From NCBI GenBank assembly GCA_951406725.2, contig OX597832.1, positions 8,742,001 to 8,806,000 of the forward strand: 64,000 nt of DNA, in the 5' to 3' direction. Below are positions 57,833 to 64,000 of this stretch, piece after piece; position 1 is the stretch's first letter; the number at the start of each line of letters is the position of its first letter. This DNA is from Octopus vulgaris (lineage: Eukaryota). Under the pieces are notes generated by a model that made no database searches, was not told the origin of the DNA, and saw nothing but the letters and a program-made list of their open reading frames with translations. Made by a program: the position numbers and the translations under genes.

Positions 57833-58300
57833 TGTTATATTTCGGAATGGTCATATTGCCAGTTTAGCCAATAAAAACACACGCACTATATATTTGGTGT
57901 TATTTTGCTTCAGTGATATTTATTTTTACATTAATCTTAATCTTATTTCGGCCAAAGTTCTTTCGTCACACTCTGTGACCGCATCAGTGGTCCTTTGTTT
58001 TCTTCTCACTTACTTGTGTCTCTCCTTACTAACCGTCAGCCATTTTGTATTTCTATTGTATGTCTTCATTTGCGCATGCTTATATCTCTATGTGCGTCTA
58101 TGTTTATTTAGTGTGTGTGAGGGGGGATGCCTGTAATATTTGTATCTTCTGGTTATATACATTCTTGTAATTTGTATTTTGTTTTTGTTGTTGTTGCTTT
58201 TGTTCTAATTTTGTTCATGTGTTTACATCCACCCATTATTATCATTACATATGCTTGTATGTATGTATAACAACAATATTAGTAATAATAATGATAAATC
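57833..58300 (-). mobile_element. PLE-like terminal fragment with variant hammerhead (57950-57993)
   Basis: Minus: GGACCA-CUGAUGC-G-GUCAC(AGAGU)GUGAC-GAAA-GAAC-UU-UGGCC; bounded by (TA)n. Confidence 0.6.
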
Positions 58301-58306
58301 TAATTG

Positions 58307-58388
<82 letters not shown>

Positions 58389-58494
58389 TACACACACATA
58401 TACACATATACATACACATATACATATATATAGTTATTCATTTCTATTTCTTTAATTATCTGTGTATTTATTATGTTTGCAGGATCCACTATCG

Positions 58495-59314
58495 TCATAT
58501 GTTGTGGTGTGCGCTATTGCTCCATTCTAGTTTTCTATTCAGGCTAGGTTTATTTTCTATTATATGTGTAGCTTCTGTAATTTGTCTAATTGTTGCATCT
58601 GTTATATGTGTGGACAATATCTTAATCTCTATGTTATTGATTGATCCCCCCTGTTCTTGTTCAGCGTGTTGGTACAGAATCGATGAGCTTTTACCTTCCT
58701 TGAGTTGTCTCCAATGTTCATTCACCCGCTCACCAATGCTTCTTGCTGTTTCCCCTACGTATGTTACTGTCTTGTTACTGCATCGTCCCTCTATACATCT
58801 TATACTATAGACCACATTTCTGGCTTTACAGTTTGTTTGTGGGCTAAATCTACATACAGTGCAATAGTTATCCGTACAGAGAGTTCTACTAAAGGATATT
58901 CTACCAATTATAGATCTGATAGGGTTGCCTGGCTTTTCAACAACCTTAATTTTAGTTTAAGTTTATCTAGGGTCCTTCTAAAGCGGTACGCCAGTTCACC
59001 TCCAGGGGTTGTGTCAACGAACATGACACTCTGGTATTTATGGCTATCATACCAAGAGTTGGCCTTCCTATTTTCTTTTTTGTCCTTTCTATAGTGTTCC
59101 ATGACTTGTTCCTATAGAGTGGGCAAATCCTTATTCCTATCATTACATAATATATTATCAAATTTCTTCATGGCTCCTTTGTATACTCTGACCCTTTCTT
59201 TATGGCTGTAACCTGAGAACTGCATGCGGTGAATGAAATACTGTATGTGTCTCTTTAATTCTGTAGGCTCGCACATGCGTGACACATTTCTCATTATTCT
59301 GACGAGGTCTGCCA
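58495..59314 (-). pseudogene. PLE ORF C-terminus (RT thumb, Cys-rich linker, GIY-YIG), left arm of palindrome, frameshifted
   Basis: ORFs 59112-59411, 58908-59102 and 58495-58815: VYSIRC...YVGETARSIGERVNEH...ITEATHI...PSLNRKLEW. Confidence 0.9.
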
Positions 59315-59329
59315 TCAAAATATTGAATT

Positions 59330-60152
59330 TGGCAGACCTCGTTAGAATAATGAGAAATGTGTCACGCATGTGCGAGCCTACAGAATTAAAGAGACACATA
59401 CAGTATTTCATTCACCGCATGCAGTACTCAGGTTACAGCCATAAAGAAAGGGTCAGAGTATACAAAGGAACCATGAAGAAATTTGATAATATATTATGTA
59501 ATGATAGGAATGGGATTTGCCCACTCTATAGGAACAAGTCATGGAACACTATAGAAAGGACAAAAAAGAAAATAGGGAAGGCCAACTCTTGGTATGATAG
59601 CCATAAATACCAGAGTGTCATGTTCGTTGACACCACCCCTGGAGGTGAACTGGCGTACCGCTTTAGAAGGATCCTAGATAAACTTAAACTAAGAATTAAG
59701 GTTGTTGAAAAGCCAGGCAACCCTATCAGATCTATAATTGGTAGAAGCTATCCTTTTAGTAGAACTCTCTGTACGGATAACTATTGCACTGTATGTAGAT
59801 TTAGCCCACAAACAAACTGTAAAGCCAGAAATGTGGTCTATAGCATAAGATGAATAGAGGAACGATGCAGTAACAAGACAGTAACATACGTAGGGGAAAC
59901 AGCAAGAAGCATTGGTGAGCGGGTGAATGAACATTGGAGACAACTCAAGGAAGGTAAAAGCTCATCGATTCTGTACCAACACGCTGAACAAGAACAGGGG
60001 GATCAATCAATAACATAGAGATTAAGATATTGTCCACACATATAACAGATGCAACAATTAGACAAATTACAGAAGCTACACATATAATAGAAAATAAACC
60101 TAGCCTGAATAGAAAACTAGAATGGAGCAATAGCGCACACCACAACATATAA
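59330..60152 (+). pseudogene. PLE ORF C-terminus (Neptune/Nematis-like Cys-rich linker plus GIY-YIG), right arm of palindrome
   Basis: ADLVRIMRN...MQYSGYS...PLYR...VMFVDTTPGGELA...CTDNYCTVC...CKARNVVYSIR*; continues YVGETAR; 1-nt frameshift near 60000. Confidence 0.9.
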
Positions 60153-60904
60153 CGATAGTGGATCCTGCAAACATAATAAATACACAGATAATTAAAGAAA
60201 TAGAAATGAATAACTATATATATGTATATGTGTATGTATATGTGCATATGTGTGTGTATATATGTATATATATATATGTATATATATATTTTTATATATA
60301 TATATATATATATTTATGTTTGTATATGTATTTATTTATTAATCTATATGGGTGTGGGAGTGAATATATTGGTGTATATATAGAGTATTGTATGTATGTA
60401 TATGTATATGTTTATGGGTGCGTGTAAATATATGTGCGTGTATTTGTGTGTATTGTGTATTTGGGAAGGGGGTTTTATCATTATATTTGTATGTATGGAT
60501 TTCGTTTATCATGATTGTTTTATTAAAGAATTTTTTAGTAAATTTAGTCCCCATGTATTATAGCTTGGTATGTTGATTATGGTAATTTTATTTTATTTGG
60601 GTATTGTTTGTAGCCATCTATACGTATATTTAGATGTTTAGGAAGGTGTCCGTGAATATGCATGTGCATGGGTGTGTGTGCACGTGTGCGCGTGTATAAG
60701 TGCATGTGTAGATGCGGGAGTGCATGAGCGCTATGTAAAAGTGTGTGCTTGTGTATGCACTTGTATACATGCATGTTTGATTGTGTGTGAGATTGCACCC
60801 GTTTGCGTGTACACACTCATATATACATATAATAATATTCATTTATTTATTTTTTTGTGAATGTGTGTATTTTTATATATATGTGTATTTGATGATATGT
60901 GTGA

Positions 60905-60948
<44 letters not shown>

Positions 60949-62565
60949 GGATGTATATATATTTATTTATTTATCTTTATGGGTGTGGGTGTGAATATAT
61001 TGGTGTATATATCGAGTTTTGTACGTATGTATATGTATGTGTGAGTGGGTATATTTATATGTTGTGGGTATGTGTTATACGTGTGTGTATTTGTATGTGA
61101 ATGTATAGATTAGGGGATTGCTATATAGGTATGTTATTGTGTATGGTTAAAGGGAGGTTTTATCATTATATGTATATATAGGTTTCGTTTATCATGATTG
61201 TTTTAATAAAGAATTTTATAGTAAATTCTGTCTAATTACGTTTATTAACATATTATTCCATTCTATTCCATTCATAATTTTAAATAACGTTCGTTCATAA
61301 CGCGCAGAGAATTTATTATAAATATGTTCTATTTCTATTTCTATGGTAACGTAATTTTGTAAACGTTATAATGGTTAGACTTTAAATTCACTTCATAACT
61401 TTAAAATTGAATAGAAGGTATGTATTTTTTTCTCCTTATGTTAATCTTGTTGCTTATGTTAATCTTGTTGCTTATGGAGTGTTCTATTTATCGTATTTTC
61501 TTTGTTATTAATTATCAATAATTTAGACATATTTTGATAAATAGATAGGTCTGTTTTTAAATGATTTATTAATAGAATATCTCAATATAAGTTATTATTC
61601 ACATTCATAAATTTGTTTTAGAGTGGTGTTGGGGTTTTTTTTAATAGTATATTGCTGAGTAGGGAATATTACTGTATGTAAGTGGCTGAGAGTATATATC
61701 TGCTAAATTTGTTACTCATCTGTGTTGGAGTGGCGGTAGGAGTGCGGTTGTATGTGAGTGATTGTGTGTGAATGTGAGTGGGTGTGCATTGTTTATGTGT
61801 AGAAATGTTGTTTTTCTTTTGAGTGTTTATGTATGTGTAAATGTGTGTGTGTGTGTTTGTTTGCGTATTTGTGTATGTTTGTTGCATGCATGTGGTATTT
61901 GGATATGTGTGTGTCTATGTTTGTTGCATGCATGTGGTATTTGGATATGTGTGTGTGTGTGTGTTTGGTTTAAGTATTTATGTATTGTTGTGGTATATAT
62001 GTGGTATTTGGTATTTGGTAGTTTCTTGCTAAGAATGAAATGTTTATATTGTTGTGGTTGAGTATATGCGGATGCTGGTTGTGTGGTTGTCATGCAGAGT
62101 GAGTGTGTTTATGAATGAGGGTTGTATGTGTGTGTGTGGGAGTATGAATAAGTAATGTGTTGAAGTATTTCGCTATTTTATTAATTTATCGTTGCCTAGA
62201 TGTTTATGTGTATGTATAGAGATATATATGGGCGTGTGAGTTAGTGTATGTATTTAGATATGTTTATATATACTTAGATATATGTGTATGAGCATGTGTG
62301 TATATATAGTTTATTTTTATTTTTGTTTTTTGTTTTTTGTTTTTTGTTTTTTGAAATTAGATTCTTCATCTTTAAATATGAGAACTTTAATAATAGGTTT
62401 CTTTATATTCAATTGTTTATAGAGGATATTTTAGTTCTTGATTATATTATATATAGATTATATATAGATTATATATTTTTATATTTTTTAATTGATAAAT
62501 TTATATTATTTATAGTTTTAGCCATTTTAAATTTATTTTTTTAAATATTGATATTTTTAGATATG

Positions 62566-62619
62566 AAATCCACCTGATGAATGTCATTTGAAGACAGGAA
62601 ACAATTGTAGTGGCGATTT
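62566..62619 (+). ncRNA. Apparently intact minimal type I hammerhead ribozyme
   Basis: aaatcCAC-CUGAUGA-a-UGUC(auuugaa)GACA-g-GAAA-C-AAUU-G-UA/GUG-gc-gauuu; predicted cut after 62609. Confidence 0.85.
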
Positions 62620-62851
62620 ATTTACTTTATATTAATTTTTTTTTATGTATTGATTAAGTCTTTCCTTGTTTGATTTGCAAAATAGTGGTTTTGTCTCTAA
62701 TTAATATTATATAATATTTTACTATACAATTGGATTCACTCCTAAATCTGATTTTTCCCTGTAAATTTGGATTTCCCTAATTCATTATATATATATATAT
62801 TATATATATATAATATATATATAATAGAGATATGTTAATTCCCTAATATTC

Positions 62852-62908
<57 letters not shown>

Positions 62909-63244
62909 ATGTATACATATACACGTGTGTGTGATGTTAATTTTAAACGACTCTGAGTCTTTCATTACCTTGCGTCTATCTCTTCATTTCTTTCTTTCCT
63001 ACATTATTAAGATTGTAACAAATAATAAAAGGAGGAGTATATAATTTTGGAATGCTTTAAATGAACAGACAATATAGTTTGATGGTCTCAAGTTACGTTG
63101 TATCATTAAGCTTCAATAAGTGCGAAATAATGCTATCTGTAGCTACTTGGTCATAGAAAACGTGAACATTAATGAATTATAGGGAGATATTCGTTCATAT
63201 GTTCTCTCACTTGTCACAAAGTGACATCGCATTATAATATATCG

Positions 63245-63410
63245 GCATCACTTGACAACCGATGCTGGTAAGCTAGTGATTTGGTAAAAGAGACCGATAG
63301 AATAAGTATAAGTTTAAGAAATAGGTTTGATTTCTTGAACTAACAGCCATTAAGGCGGTGCGACAGCATGGCCACATTCAAATGACTGAAACAAGTCAGA
63401 GAGTAGAAAA
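63245..63410 (+). mobile_element. SINE family B, 3' part
   Basis: cttgacaaccgatgctgg...aaggcggtgc...aaatgactgaaacaagt. Confidence 0.8.
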
Positions 63411-64000
63411 ATAGAAGAATACAAAACTTGAGAAAATCTTGCATATTTTACTATTCCACTGACAGGTTGTATTTGTCATGTGCAGCTTAAATGGTTTAGT
63501 TCTTTTGCAAACGATAGCCTATCCCTATTGTTTCTAGGGCATTGAGTTACAAAACCAAGCCCACCTATTATGATTGATATAAATTTCTCTTTATTACTTT
63601 ATTACTGGAGCTGATGTTTTCGAAGCGGTCGTCCATAGTTACTTTTCTTGTCTTTGATTTTCTAAGAGATATTCATATCAACAAGACAGCTGGCCACTGT
63701 GGCGGTGCCTACAGTTTCTTGTCTGTGCCAAACAAAAATATCCGACCTGTTAGATTTAAACTTGAGAGTCATTTTAGAAATTCCTTGTGTTGATGTTTAT
63801 ATATGTATTCGGGGATTCGCTACATATATTCCAACGCAATCATTTTCATTTTTCCAAATGGCATTGCATATTGCTTATTTTTTTCCACGACGTCTTGTTG
63901 TATAGGAAGGTAGAAACTTCATGACATTTTCGGGCAGCTTCTGAACGCATGAATGATGCCTTCCACAGAAATATGATGATATAATTTGCGTTTTCCGTTG

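Noticed and set aside
59233-59329. N-terminus MKYCMCLFNSVGSH... of ORFs 59233(+) and 59411(-)
   Set aside because: It is the antisense of the opposite palindrome arm, not real protein sequence.
60140-60215. SECIS element after the PLE stop codon
   Set aside because: AUGA is present only in the left-arm copy, and the putative stem does not pair.

Overview
AT-rich, microsatellite-saturated eukaryotic DNA. The SINE families and repeat style point to an octopus-type cephalopod (inferred from recall, not a search). I found no intact host protein-coding gene, rRNA, true tRNA or CRISPR array, and almost all listed ORFs are translations of simple repeats. The window is a mosaic of decayed mobile DNA: several tRNA-derived SINE families, two RTE LINE remnants (one with three C-terminal C2H2 fingers, one internally inverted), an R4/Dong-like LINE, L1/Tx1-like fragments, mariner elements and MITEs, and many Penelope-like element (PLE) pieces lodged in (TA)n. 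The most striking structures are: (i) a ~1.9 kb near-perfect palindrome of a GIY-YIG PLE (58.4-60.3 kb) whose right arm runs through a 2.4 kb GT-rich tail to an apparently intact minimal hammerhead ribozyme; (ii) about nine hammerhead-like motifs, including terminally redundant, retrozyme-like non-coding units and one preceded by tRNA-type Pol III boxes; (iii) recurrent fold-back or template-switch rearrangements. Coordinates were read by eye and boundaries are approximate.
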